Positions 1-14,500 of a stretch of DNA of 64,000 nucleotides are shown here, piece by piece (the first letter of the stretch is position 1; each line of letters starts with the position of its first letter). The translations under genes and the position numbers were made by a program. This DNA comes from Antedon mediterranea. Lineage: Eukaryota > Animalia > Echinodermata. The stretch covers positions 26,660,001 to 26,724,000 of the forward strand of contig NC_092674.1 of NCBI RefSeq assembly GCF_964355755.1. Direction: 5' to 3'. The notes under the pieces are model-generated. The model was not told the DNA's origin, ran no database searches, and was given only the letters and a program-made list of their open reading frames with translations.

Positions 1-274
1 TTCTCGAGTTTCTTAGAACATCTAAAATTCCTGTATGTATTTAAATAATTGTATTTCCATTGTCTTATTTTGCTTGCCATGTAGCACTATCCATTTCGTG
101 CAAAAAAAGCAATTTTAAAAGATTGATAAAAAAATCTCTGAATATGGGTTTTCCCTTAATATAATTCACTTCAATCAATAAATACTTAAGTAAAATAGTG
201 AAGTTTCTTTATTAAATATACTTTTATATTGATGTGAAGATTGGATTGTCAACTTTCTTTTTTTTTTGTTGCAG

Positions 275-2899
275 TATGCTGGCATTAACATTGGTCCTGT
301 TCACAAGAAGGACGTCATGAAGGCCTCGGTAATGTTGGAACATGATGCACAGTAAGTGTACTATCTGTCTGGTTCCAATCCATGTATGTAGGCATGTGTA
401 GACATGTAACCTTAGTCATGTGTAGACATGTATACCTTTGGCATGTGTAGACATGTAACCTCAGGGATGTGTAGACATGTAACCTTAGGGATGTGTAGAC
501 ATGTATACCTTTGGCATGTGTAGACATGTAACCTTATGCATGTGTAGACATGTAACCTTAGTCATGTGTAGACATGTAACCTTAGTCATGTGTAGACATG
601 TAACCTCAGGGATGTGTAGACATGTAACCTTAGGGATGTGTAGACATGTAACCTTAGTCATGTGTAGACATGTAACCTCAGGATGTGTAGACATGTAACC
701 TTAGTCATGTGTAGACATGTAACCTTAGACATGTGTAGACATGTAACCTTAGTCATGTGTAGACATGTAACCTCAGGGATGTGTAGACATGTAACCTTAG
801 GGATGTGTAGACATGTAACCTTAGTCATGTGTAGACATGTAACCTCAGGATGTGTAGACATGTAACCTTAGTCATGTGTAGACATGTAACCTTAGACATG
901 TGTAGACATGTAACCTTAGTCATGTGTAGACATGTAACCTCAGGGATGTGTAGACATGTAACCTTATGCATGTGTAGACATGTAACCTCAGGGATGTGTA
1001 GACATGTAACCTCAGGCATGTGTAGGCATGTAACCTTATGCATGTGTAGACATGTAACCTTATGCATGTGTAGACATGTAACATAAGGCATGTGTAGACA
1101 TGTAACATAAGGCATGTGCAGACATGTAAGCTTAAACATGTGTAAACATGTAACCTAGGCATGTGTAGACATGTAACCTTAGGGATGTCTAGGCATGTAA
1201 CCTTAGGCATGTGTAGACATGTAACCTTAGGCATGTGTAGACATGTAACCTTAGGCATGTGTAGACATGTATGAGGCATGTGTAGACATGTCACCTTTAA
1301 TAGGCATGTGTAGATATGTAACCTTGAACATGCGTAGACATGTAACCTTGAGCATGTGTAGAAAAGCAGTTCATGGTTTTAAAATAGTTATTTTGCTCAT
1401 TTTTATTTATATTTTTGGGTTATGATAATGCGTTACATATGAAATTTTGAGTAAGTGGATCTGGTTAAATATTATAGTTTGTTGTATGTAGTTATCTAAG
1501 CAATTTCCAATGTTGAGATCTTGTTTTGCTATACTTTAATATATTCTTATTCTAGGTATGCTGTGATTCTAGCATTCGATGTCAAAGTTGAACGTGAGGC
1601 CCAAGAGATGGCCGACAAAGAGGGCATCAAAGTTTTCCAAGCGGACATTATCTACCATTTATTTGACAAATTCATGGCTCACCGAGCAGAAGAAAAGCGC
1701 AAAAAGCGTGAAGAGTTTAAACATGTTGCCGTCTTTCCATGCAAACTGCGAATACTTCCACAACATATATTTAACTCCAGAGACCCTATTGTAATGGGGG
1801 TGATTGTAGAGGCAGGTCAACTTAAGGTCGGGACTCCCATTTGTGTTCCAGCAAAAGAGGTGAACATTTGTTGATTAACTGTTAGGTTGAATTGTATAGT
1901 TGCTCACCAGTCTGAAAATCTAACCAACTTAGGCCTAGCAATAGATTGTTAACTTCATCTAGGCCAATCCCATATTGTAGGCTTACAATGATCAACGTTT
2001 CTCTATACCTTAACCACAAGACTCGGAATACAAATATTGAAAAAAAAAAGAGACCTGTTTGGCTGTTAATACTAATTCACATATTCAACATTTATTTCAT
2101 ATTTAGTTCACTCATCTTGGATTTGTAACAAGTTTAGAGGTGAATCACAAACAAGTGCAGGTGGTACCTACAGGTCAAGAGGTCTGTATAAAGATCGAAC
2201 CAGTACCTAGCGAGGCACCCAGGCTATATGGCCGTCATTTCACACATGAAGATGTCCTTGTTAGCAAAGTAAGCCCTGTGTCATTGTATATTTCTACGTA
2301 ATTTAAATTTAACGGAAAAGTGATATCTAATTATGATAAATGGCTCTTATACGTGTTCAGCTTTTTGTAAACATTTTGAGAATTTTGCCACACATGGTTG
2401 TTGTCAATCAACCTGTAGTGCGCACCGTTTATAACTGTTCTGCTCCACGTCCAAAGTTGGGAGCACTGCCTTTTTGAATGGCCTAGCTTCCCGGCCTAGC
2501 TTTCGTCAAAGATTCCCGATGGATAAATTGGATAAAACTTTTTTTTACCTGTGTTATAAAACTATGATAAATAATGAATGTTTTGTGTGTATTAAACCGT
2601 GAGAATACTTTATTTAAGAAAAGATTAAATGCTCTATTTAACTCCACCTTGTTAAATAGAGCATTCAATATTTCAACGCGTGCAATTTTCTCCCCATACA
2701 ACTCGTAAACATTCATCATATGTAAAATAGTAAACTGGTTTTCACATGTCTTTTTCTCAATAAAAATTAATCCATATATTTTTTTACACAGATTAGCAGG
2801 GAATCAATCGATGCGGTCAAGAATTATTTCCGTGAAGAAATGAATAAGCCTGATTGGCTAGTTATGATTGAGTTGAAAAAACTGTTTGAAATTTTATGA
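275..2899 (+). CDS. EIF5B: Eukaryotic translation initiation factor 5B, last four coding exons (275-351, 1556-1859, 2107-2268, 2792-2899); 5' part lies outside the window
   Basis: Spliced translation [46 protein letters not shown]...[25 protein letters not shown]...[10 protein letters not shown]...YGRHF...[17 protein letters not shown]...ELKKLFEIL* matches the known eIF5B C-terminus. All introns are GT-AG and in phase. Confidence 0.97.
381..1362. repeat. 24-bp minisatellite (about 40 units, consensus near AGGCATGTGTAGACATGTAACCTT) in an eIF5B intron
   Basis: Tandem repetition is directly visible and produces the spurious periodic ORFs (CRHVTL / TCLHM). Confidence 0.97.
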
Positions 2900-4339
2900 A
2901 ATATTTTCTCATTTCTCTTAATTTGAAAATAATGAATGATATTGGAGGGGATCTTTAATTAAGTGTGCTCTGAACAGCCAGTTATATTGTAATGGATTAT
3001 CCTACTGTATTTCATTATGGTATCTGAGATCCACGGGTATATGTCAACAAAAATCAACTCGGGACTTAAGCTTAATGAATGATGCTAATTTAAAAAATTA
3101 TGCTAATTAAAAAAATTATGCTAAATTTAATTTGAAATTAATTTCAAAAGTGACCTTAAAGATGCAATGATGATATGGAGACCATGTTCGATTTAGTACA
3201 GGTCAGCTCGCCAAAGGCCAGTAAAACCCATGACAAGTCTGTAAGACTTCCTAGTAGCTGGGGATTGTTTTGGTCAGTCAAATTCACAAAAAAATCGCAT
3301 GAGAGATATTTAATTTTTACATGAAATACAAATTACCAAAAAAGACAAAATATACTAATTTTGTGTTAAAATTATTGATGGTCAGTTTAAAAAAAATTAT
3401 TTCTTAGCATGGTTAGCCAAATGGGCATGTAGGATAGGATTTCTAAGATCCGGTTACTTTAAGAGCAAACTTATATATATTGAAAAAAAAATGTATATAA
3501 AAATAATACACACCATTTATTATTTTATTTATTAAGGATGAGAAGTAAAGATATACTAAAACCACAGAGGATGTGAAAATGAATTTGTATATTGAATTTA
3601 ATTTTTACTTCCTCAAAATCTAAATGTATGTGGCTATTAGTTCAAACTTCGGTACATTGTTATAGAGGGGGGTATTTAGTATGCCATTGCTGCGTACAAA
3701 CTCAAACTTTCATTTTTATTAATAAAAATGTTAAAAGCAAGAAATGGCATGTTGCAAGGATTTACAATAAATTGTATGTAAAGAATATTGCATAACCTTT
3801 CACTGTTTTTTTTTATCAAACAATTTAAATTTATTTAATTATAAATATTTATTTATCTAATATATCTATACTCGCTTTATTAAATAAAAATATTTCTGAT
3901 TATGTTAAATTTACTATATATATTTATGCTACTTTTATCACATGAAGAAAAAGAAATATTTTTATTCAATAGTTCTACTCTATTGTACTGTAAAATCTCT
4001 AAAGCTAAACTTTCACCTCGTTGAACTCGTCTTGTGTTTCTAAAACCTAATGTCAACCATCTGGTACAAAGAGTTACCTTGTGGAAGGAATACAAAACTT
4101 AAGAAGTGGACAATGATCTCAAATGTAAGCAAGCTTTAATTGAAAGGTATGAAAGTTTGCATAAAGACATGGGCGTTCCAATAATGCTTTTTTAAAAGAC
4201 ACAGTTGACAGGTGCGGATCCAAGTGGGTTGCATTGGGGCGCACACTTCCTCTTTTTGACAGTTGAAACTACTTTTTGATATTGATTTTTACATACTATT
4301 AATATTGTATGTTAGTGCTCTGTTGGGATACCTCTATTG

Positions 4340-4462
4340 AGCTCTGTCTGCACTATCAAACTAGTTGGACAAAAAAGTGTGATGTGCCCAAATATGGTAG
4401 TGGTATGACATCATCATCTTTATACATGGGCACATCACATTTTTGTCATTGTAGACAGAGCT
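4340..4462. mobile_element. Copy of a ~125-150 bp MITE family (TIR AGCTCTGTCTACACTATCAAAC), PIF/Harbinger-like; further full or partial copies near 14484-14610, 17020-17164, 17798-17922, 18225-18350, 19225-19372, 28836-28980, 56150-56255, 58214-58360
   Basis: Shared TIRs and internal core CCCAAATATGGTAGTGATATGACATCATCATGTCCATAT, often flanked by TAA/TTA. Confidence 0.8.
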
Positions 4463-4743
4463 TTAATAAAATCAAAAGGAACTGTATCTTTCAAGACTGG
4501 GGAATCCATTATTAAGGAGACTTTTTGGGTCCTAAAGGTGTCTTCTTAATAGGGATTCTACTGTATTATATTTCTGGCTCAATCGACCTCATTTACTTTA
4601 GGTCCAAAACCACTAACACTTTACACCTATAAATGCAATGAATTTACTTTTTAAAATGCACATTCACATATAGAGTAATATTTAATTTTAAAATACTGTC
4701 AGGTTTTTTAACTATTGTAATAAGTATAAGGAGGACATCAAAT

Positions 4744-7479
4744 TTATCGAAACAAAAGTTCTGTTGCTATCAAAAATTCTCTTTCAAACACTTCTTCTGA
4801 AAATCGTTTAACCGATTCACGAGCATTTTCACGTATTTTTAATCTATCAGCTTTTTTCATTAGTAAGATAGTTGCCATGGCATCCGCATACTCGTCAACA
4901 TCAGTTGCTAGGAAACCAGTTGGTTGGCCGTTGTACCGGACAACGATGTCCTTCTTTGGTCCGCCTGAATTGTGAGCAAGTATGATTGTACCAGCTGCCA
5001 TACACTCCACAACACCTTGAAAAGAGATGAAGGTATTTTTATATTAAAAACAACACCATGATGTACAAAGAAGTTCTCAATTTAAAAGTTTATAAAGTCG
5101 ACTCTCCCAATACTGGATACCTTTGGGCTGACCAAATATGTCTGGTTTACCTGAAAGTCTGTTATTCGGAATAATTTTTAATGCTAAAAAGAAATTTGGG
5201 ACCTTTTGGACCCTGAAAAATTGCTGGTATTGAAAGTTTCGAGTTTTCAGAGAGTCCGGTATTGGGAGAGTTTCCATTTCATAAACTAGTATTCACCACC
5301 CAAGTGAGAACAGTATTCACTTAATTTTGATAGGTGTTACTCCACAATACCCCACACAGGTTAAAGGATTATCTTTATGCTCTCCAAATTTTAATTATTA
5401 TTTTATTTGTAGTTACAGTATATACATTGTATCAATTGAGCCACCATGGTAACATTTCTTGCTCCCTTGCTTGTTATCACCAATGCATACACATTGGCCT
5501 ATATTAGTGTTGATACTGTAAACATTCAAAAAATGTGTTATTTATGAATAAAAGTATTAAGATCCTGTACCTATTCCAAAATGTTCATTCCACATAGTAT
5601 GAAGACCAATAGTAGCCTCTGAGAGGTGTTTTTTAAGCTCATCGAAACTAACATTTAACTTGAATTCAACGTTGGCACGTATGTTAAACCGTTCGCATAA
5701 TTCACGAAGCTCATCAACCCGCTCCATATCCTCTCTGTTCCTGCAGCTTCCCACCAGTATCAAGCGCAGATTACGATACGGATCATCCGAATAATTCTTT
5801 AATAGTTTGTTAAATGCTCGGATTTGTAATTGATGGTCTTTTTCTGGTCTAAATTGCGCAACGGAAACGATGGTATGCTGATGCAACGATCCGTCGTGTA
5901 ATGGTAATTTAAGAAATCCTGACGTATCGCAAGGCGGATACACTATGCTGGTTTTTTGCGGGCATTTCCAAATATCTAAAATATGGTTTTCGGTCCATGA
6001 AGAATTAACCATTATGACTTCGTTACGCGCACCCATGATACCGTAGAGGTACGCAAAAAGACGATAATAAACCAGTTTGAAGCAGCTGAGCACAGGATTT
6101 CTTGCAATAAAACCGGGATTATTGTGAGCCTCTCTTCGTTCCGCAACTCTCGCCAGCATGTCCGTACTTATAGTTGGATAATGCACATACGACCCTGTGC
6201 GGCAATTACCAATGTACTTAAAAAGCGGGATGGTAAACGCATAACCCATCGTATCTATGTACAAATCTGGGGTGAATTTCTGCAAAGCTTCTAGCCCTAG
6301 GCCTACAGAGCCGAGACTCTGTCCCAGTAGCGTGAAGAAAGGGTACGTGCTGGCCTCTACTAGATGACGTCTCTTCAGAAACACAAATTCAACCGGTTTT
6401 TCAACTGTAATGTTAAATCGTTGTTTTGCTTTTAAGATGATCTCCTCACCCGTGACATTCTGATCGCCGGTGTAGACTACACAACGTACAAATGAGTACC
6501 TGAAAAAGAAAGAAAAAAGGTCTATCAGGCAGGAAATTCAAGGGGTTTTATTTTGCAATCAGACACCCAGATTTCACAAGCTTAACCATTCTTGACTCAT
6601 GGTCATTCTCAGATGTTTTTCAGCCAAGTGAGAAAACCTTTCAATAGGCAGTCACTTAAAATACTCTTGAATGAAATTTGAAATAATTATAGGAATGATG
6701 CCATAATTATTATTATTAAATAGTATTTATTATGTAGCTTATTAAATATTAGATTGTGTTTTTTAATGTTTTATAGAGTTTTTTTTTTACACAACTACAT
6801 GTTTGTCCCCTGTTTGAACAAAATTACGGAAAAAACTATTCATCAAGTAAATATTGTTTAATACTAAAGAAAACATACAAACCTCCTTTGCAATGCTTGT
6901 ATGGCGCACCATAGTACCCTCTCCCCTCCTCCGCCTGCGTTGCAATAAGGGTGGAAAAACCCTACAACAACTGGTTGCATTCCATTTTCCGTTTTTTCCC
7001 ATAGATGTGGTATTTTCTTGTGTTTATTACGTTGAATAGATGACTTGATGTACACAAATGAACATGATATTATGATGACAATAGGACTAATTATAAGCAA
7101 TGCAAGAAAAAGTAGATTCCAAAGTAACCTACAAAAAAAAGTTTAATTATTGATTTCAAAAAATCTGCACAATATAGCAATTGCACATACATTTTTTGCG
7201 GAATTGCAAATTATTGCGCAAAAATAGGTCTATCCTTGAGCAATTTATTTAAATGGTTTTAATTATTCCTAGGCCTAGATCCTATCTGCTACTGTGCCAG
7301 CACAGAAGCATTGCATTGCTTTCTGGCTGTAGCATTGCATTGCTGTCTGGCTGTAGCAAGCGCGAGGAAGTAGCTAGCTAGAGCCAGGCTTGCACAGAAA
7401 CAAGTGGTTTCTGCGGTACTAAAATGTATGCCTACCTTTGTAAAATTAGAATAATCTGGATGAATGTTGATGCAACCAT
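4744..7479 (-). CDS. ALG11: GDP-Man:Man3GlcNAc2-PP-dolichol alpha-1,2-mannosyltransferase ALG11; exons 7479-7436, 7128-6883, 6499-5571, 5015-4744
   Basis: N-terminal hydrophobic anchor, then [43 protein letters not shown] and [29 protein letters not shown] motifs. Junctions are GT-AG and in phase from ATG 7479 to the stop at 4744-4746. Confidence 0.96.
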
Positions 7480-8526
7480 TTTAATTATTTTCTTCATTTC
7501 CAGCAGTTTCAACTGTTTAGTAAGTCTAGGCCTACTACCGGCTTGGCGTACAACATACAGCGACAAATTGCACAATATTAAAAATAAACAGAGCAAAAGT
7601 GCGACTTAAAAACCAATACTATCCTATCTTCTTCCATACAAACGTCTTATTTCGGACTCTTAGATTAGCACACTTGGGCTTTCCTATCAACAACAGTACC
7701 ACAGAAGAGGTGAAAGTTCACATGTTCTCGGTAAACAATTCAGAATTTGTGCGACGACGAGTAAATGGTGTCACTTTTCGTCGACTGTTTTCACGAAATT
7801 TGAATAAACATGTAATCAGAAAAAGGCATCATAAGTTTAAATATTAGTTATATTATTTGGTTTCACAGTAAATCTACTTTTTAAAGTGGTCTATACCGGG
7901 TAAGTAATGTCAAATTCTACCTTAATTAAGAACTGCTTTACTGACTGGTTGTAATTGAATTGCACACAGTCAGGTAAAAACGATTCCGTAGGCGGCCTAC
8001 TTTATATAAATTCTTGGCAATTGAATTGACCACAGGAGAGACATAGGCCTCAGACAGCTCAGGAAGTGAAAAATGACAAGCTTCACACATAGGCCTAGGG
8101 CCTATTAAACCTACATGTTTTGTCTAGACAAGTATCTAGGCAATTTTTGAAGTGTAATACATTTTTAGCCTGTGTGTGTATTTATTTTAATTTATTTTTA
8201 CAGTATATAATTAAAATTGTTATGAATGAATATTATAGATGGGCCTATCGAATAAAAAGAAAATTCTGTGCGCGCTCAAAAACACAAGCATGCGTAGAAT
8301 GATCTTCCTACTTGTTGTAGCGTGTTCAACAAACATTGAGACGCAATTTTATTTATTGCATTGGAACCAAAGCAATTGTGAAATGCCCTTAACTAATGTC
8401 CAATATACTGTACATTTTCTTTCACACTGCCCCATTTATCCTAAGTAAATACACTTAACTTTATACTGAATCGAAATCGTGATAACATCCCTTTTTTTCA
8501 GTTTTTAAAAAAGAATTTGTTGCCAG
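7480..8526. promoter_or_regulatory. Putative bidirectional promoter region between ALG11 (-) and ATP7 (+), with a probable non-coding first ATP7 exon ending at 7899
   Basis: Divergent start codons about 1.05 kb apart. Strong donor G|GTAAGT at 7900 and acceptor TTTCAG at 8501 upstream of ATG 8527. MRE-core matches TGCACAC (7961) and TGCGCGC (8269). Confidence 0.6.
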
Positions 8527-11500
8527 ATGGAGGAAGTATGTGTTATAGCAATTGAGGGAATGACCTGTGAATCTTGTGTGCGCAACATTCAACAATTCAT
8601 AGGTGATGACCTTGGGGTCAACAATATCAAGGTTAGTTAAAGATGTACATATGTTCCCCAAAAACATGAACAATGAAGATTCATAAATCAGATTTTGAAT
8701 AGGCTATTTTGTAGTTTTAATGAAGTTCACTTCACTTATATAGGCCTAATAAGGCATGAACTGTAGTTTTGTTTTGTTTCCAATTTTTGGTCAAAGTGAA
8801 TAACTATTATGGAACATTGATATGGCATACAGTACTGTATCCAACAACTAAATTAGAATTTTTTTTCAAAGGGACAATATCTTTAAACATTTGAACCATT
8901 GGAAACATAATATAAATAAATGATGATTAAATATAATTGTATAGAAATATATTGCATATTAATAATAATAATAATATATTTTTAAATAATGACAAATATA
9001 ATTAATAACTACTGTAATGATTATCATTATAACCAAAACCTAATAATTATCAATCATTCTATAACTAATAATTATCATTTATAATTAAAACCTATTTATT
9101 TTCATACAGTTTTATTATCAAAACAGGTTTAATATTCAATAATTATCATTTACAAATTTATATATTTTATTTCATCAAAAAAATGATGTTTATGTTTTTT
9201 TTTCTTAACTAATAATTTATAATTATTACTGTGTCAGATAGTCTTGTCATGAACATTTGAAATATGCAAACTAAATTAATTTTCAGTTTTATCGATTCCC
9301 TGGTTATTATACCAATACATTACAACAACAAAAATAAGTACAGTAATTGTGTTTTATGTTCAATTTTAAAATTCAATACTAAAGCAGCTTTTCAGCATTA
9401 TCAACTTCCTGGTATTATACTTATTATTATATAATAATATATTTATATTATTATTACACCAAATACATTTTTAAAAGTATTAGTTATGTTAAATTGTTTT
9501 GTCTCTATTCTGCTTTAGTCTGTATCAAATGTTGCACTGTTAATTGATTTGCAAGTCTGTGAAAAGACTAACCAGTACGTTATACTCATTATACATGCAG
9601 ACAACCTGCATACATTATTCTGATATTATATGAAATACACCAAGAACAAAATTAACCTTTGTACCAGTATATTATTTTCATTGATTTTACAACTATTTAA
9701 TCAACCTCTGTGTCAATTAATTTTATATTTGCAGGTATCTTTGGAGAAAAATGAAGCTGTTATCAAGTTTAATTCGTTGGTGACTACAACTCAGCAATTA
9801 TGTGATAAGATCGAAGATATGGGATTTGGAGCATCATTGAAAGATAACGGCACACAGAAAAAGACTGTGACGGTTTACATAAATGGCATGCGATCAACTT
9901 CATGCGCACAGTCTATCGAGAAAAAGTTATCAACTCTAGAGGGAGTTGATCAGATATCGATATCGTTTGAACGAGGACAAGGTGTAATTGCTTTTGTGGA
10001 GGGATCGACCAATCATGAACTGTTACTGGCTGCCATTCAGGAAATGGGATTTGGGGCCTCATTAAGCGAGACTGATAAACCATTAATTAATGAAGTTGTA
10101 ATACATGTGGATGGCATGACGTGTAACTCATGTGTGAAATCCATTGAAGGGAATATATCCACATTGAACGGTGTTAACAATATTACGGTCTCGCTTGAGA
10201 ATAAATCCGCAAAGATACAGTATAATCCGCAAAAAATGAATCCAAACACTTTGAAACAAGCGATTGAAGATATGGGATTTGTGAGCAGCTTTGACGAGTT
10301 AGACTCGGAATTACGAGATGTTGTAATCTCGGTTGGGGGAATGACGTGCCAGTCTTGTGTGCGTTCAATCCAGGATCATATTTCGACGCTGAAAGGAGTC
10401 GTTGAAATTGAAGTGTCTTTAGCGAAAGAGAAAGCTTTCGTAAAGTACGACCCTGTGTTAACTCAACCAGAAACAGTTCGGGAAGCGATAGAAGATATGG
10501 GGTTTGATGCGGAATTACCGAATCACAAAATGGTAATGATTGTGCTCTGTGTTGAAGGTATGACATGCCAATCGTGCGTAAAAAGCATTGAAGGGAAGAT
10601 GAAAGAGGAAGCTGGTATTGAAGAAATTACAGTTTCACTCGAAAATAAAAATGCTTCAATATCGTATAATCCTGACGTGACCACGTCAGAAAAACTGCGT
10701 CAAGGAATTGACGAAATGGGTTTCGACTGCTTTTTACCGGTAAACCTTGATACCACGGACCAAATTATGGAAAATACACAAACTACAATTGTATCCATTG
10801 AGGGTATGACATGTAATTCATGCGTTTGTTCGATCGAGGGAACTATTTCCGACAAGCCTGGTGTTAAGGCGATAAAAGTTTCACTCGCAGAGAAAAAAGC
10901 AGACATTGAGTTTTACCCGTCAAAAACTTCGCCAACTAATCTACGGGATGCCATTGATGATATGGGATTTGACGCTTCTCTTGTGGGTAAGTTGGTTCAT
11001 TTATTTACTCAGTAATCGTAAAATTGTTTTTATGTGCAATAGTTACTTTAAATTTATCTTTTTTTTTTAAAAATCATTTGTTCTTAAAAAGTAATAGTTA
11101 TTACCCGGAGAGAAAATATATACAGGATATATTTTTTTATTTTTTGCTGATATTATAAACTAAGTTAAATTGTAGATCTATTTCTACTACTGTACTCTAC
11201 TGCATTTTTATTTGTTTAAATTTGTCATTTATTCAACATCTACAGTACTGTGTCATGCACATAATATATCATGAAATCTACAGCTGACGTAAATGCCATA
11301 TTGTTACTGAGTTGAATATGACACAGTATATATAAATAATTCAGTATTAGGATTATTATTTATTATACTTAATATACCAGTAAGACTGGTGATTTTCTGC
11401 TCAAATCAGCCCAGCCAAATATACCTACAGTACTGTAGATTACCTATTTATATAAATATATGTTTTGCCATTTTTAATTATAATTTCTCAATGATATAAT

Positions 11501-14500
11501 GAAACATTTCAAACTATCGTTAGATCAGAAGTATTTCTAGGCAAGGGAAGAGTAAATTACATTGTAAATTCACTGTTCCTTAGCCAGACTACTGTACTGT
11601 ACTTTATTTATAATTATTATAAGCAGCAGTACAAGTCTGTACCTACAGGTACAGTATTATTGTTGTTAATCATGGATTGCTAGAATAACACAGTTTCTAA
11701 AGCTGCTGTTACTGTGCTTACCGTACCATAAACTTTATTCAATTGTATTAGTTCTTGAGATCCATGACGTGTACATACATCACGGCCACCAGGACGTCTA
11801 AACCCTTTCAATTACTGTATGCAGGCCAATTACAATTTACTTTTCTCTTATAGAAATGTTTGACTCTTTAAAATCATTCACCTAACAATTTATTAGATTC
11901 AGAATACTGTATTAAGATTAGTGTATAATACAGTACATTTCAAATGATCAACTCAATAGACAGTTTACTATTTTTCCAGTCCTATACTTGAAAGTTTTTA
12001 GTGTAAATTGCATGTACAGTACTGTCTACTAAAGGATGTCAGGTAGGAAGAGTCTTAAGCCTGGTTTCCATAAAATCTCTACACGACAGAGCGTAGCGAT
12101 TCTATGGAAACGCTAGAATTTATCGGGGATCTAGTACGCGAGTGATAAATATTCTTTGGTACGCGTATTACGATTCATCGCCGACAAAATCGGCAAAGTT
12201 GAACATGGTTGAACTTTGCCGATTTGACTGCGATGAATCGGGGAGCCTTCCCGATTGCGTCGGCGACATCTGCGCGTGTAGCGATTTTAATGGAAACGCT
12301 GTAGCGATTTTAATGGAAACCAGGCTTTAACCATGTACACTACTTACAGTGAATGTTAGAAAGAGGTGATCTACAGCATTTTATAAGGCCTTTAATTAAA
12401 TCCATTTTTATTAATTTGTTTATTTGTGTTATTTAATTTTCTCAAGTATATTGAGGGCCTCTTCAAGTCAGCTATACTGCTGCAGTAGAGTTACCCTTGT
12501 AAAACAAAGTTGAATAAATAAAGTAATTAATAAACTATATATCACAGGAAAATGATTGCAAATGTTACAATGCATGCTGTGTGTATCAGTAGCTAAATTC
12601 TTAATTGAGACACAAATAAAATATTAGCAAAAAGCCAACATCAAAACTATAAAGTATTAACCAGCCAGAAATAAATTTCAAAGCTAATACAGTACTGTAA
12701 ACCCTATAGATTTAATATAGTACATTATTATTGAAACCATTAAAAATTGTTGTTTATTTTTGTTTGTATCCGCACTGCGCTTGTGTCTATTAAGATTAGA
12801 TAGTAGTGCTATAATCCCAATATTATAAAGATATCCGTACTTGAAAGATGGATTGATAATTAATAGTGGACGGAAGTGGAAGCAAAATAGACCTTGGACC
12901 TACTGTAAGCCCTAGCTGGTAATCCAACAATAAAATTGTTTTAACAATAAAAAATAGTTTTACTTTAAAAAATGTTGTTACTAATTAATTATTCAAAAAT
13001 AAATATATCTCGTTTTTACTTTTTAAACACATGTTGAATTTGTCATACTTTAAAATCAACATTATTTTTTAAGAGAATACGTTTATTATACAGTAGACAC
13101 GTTTTTCTATCAAAATCTCATTTTAACACATTTAAAGCACATTTTTTATATTCTATGACATTCTCAACGCCATAACATTTTCATTATGTCCAGCCGCCAG
13201 CTTATGTTGAATTTTAAAATCGTAATTTGCTTTCCAAATATTGCTCTTTGATATTAAACACGACTCCCTTGAGACGTACCATATGTGAGTTTGTTTAATA
13301 TGCTTTTAAAACACTCTCGAAAATGATTTTATCTCGTTATTGTGTAAGTTAAAAGTATGTGTTCCGCATGGAATACCGTATTTATAGTAGGCCTACTGTA
13401 CAGTATTACTACTACTGCATAAAGTGTAAACAGAATTATATAGTACCAGCTGAATACAGTATTAATTTCAATGGTTCATACAAAAAGTGAGAAGTAATTT
13501 TCATGCGAAATAAATGCTTTTCATGCGAAATAAATGCATTTCCCCCATACAGTACAGTAGAACCTGTCTTTTCAGACATCCCTACTCAGGGACGCTTTTT
13601 AGTGAAACTAGTCAACTAACTAAGTGCCTATGTGTCCTAAAAGTGTCAAATTGGGGGTCCGTCTACTAGTAATGCAGTACAAACCTGTTTTCCGCCATCA
13701 AAAAAAAACAAAGAATGGATATTTGCCCATTAGTGAATAGAAGACATTGTTGACTATTCCAATTCAAATATTCATTCTACAGTTTAAACAACTTTAATCT
13801 CCTCACTGTAGTTTAAACTAGTACACTCACTCTTTGTCTACCAACAACATTTTATATTAAATTTATTGCAGGGGAAGATCTAGGTGGAATGCTTTGGGTG
13901 TGAGTTTCCCCTTTTTGACACCTATAATAAATTATGAACCACTTTTTGATAAACTATATTTTACACTTACAGACTAATTTTGCGTATAAAGAGACTTTTA
14001 ATAAGCTTGTACAGTACACTATATAATTGTTTTACTTTGTGCAATATTTGTTGTATTTGAATGTTTTTAGAAGCAACTGATCCTTTGAGTTATAAAGTAG
14101 TTAATTTTTTTGTTTTACAGTAGTTGCCCTTCACCATTGTGCTTTGTTTCTGTTACTGTATTATTTTAATGTCTATTGGTCGAATAAATAAATGAAATGA
14201 AAAAAAGACTATACAGTATTATCATTAAAAAGATCCACTATATAATTTAATAGTAGTAGTTTTTCTACACTTCCTATAACTTAATATTGTGTTTTCATTA
14301 TCCGAAGCATCAGACATTGGAAACGGATCAGGTTTGTTTGCCAATTTCTTGCCTGCCATTTCAGTTTATTACGTAATAACCTACCGTTAAGTGTTCTTAT
14401 TAAACTTTAACTACAATAGGCCACTGTACACATTTATATGTACAAGGGGTGTTAAAGAGGTGGTATAGGTTGAACATCTTTGAAGCTCTACACTATCAAA

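Noticed and set aside
315-1294. Cys/His-rich periodic ORFs as a metal-binding protein
   Set aside because: They are translations of the 24-bp minisatellite on both strands inside an eIF5B intron.
9630-11015. Stand-alone multi-HMA copper chaperone
   Set aside because: It is bounded by splice sites (9735-10986) and joins in frame to the ATPase exons.
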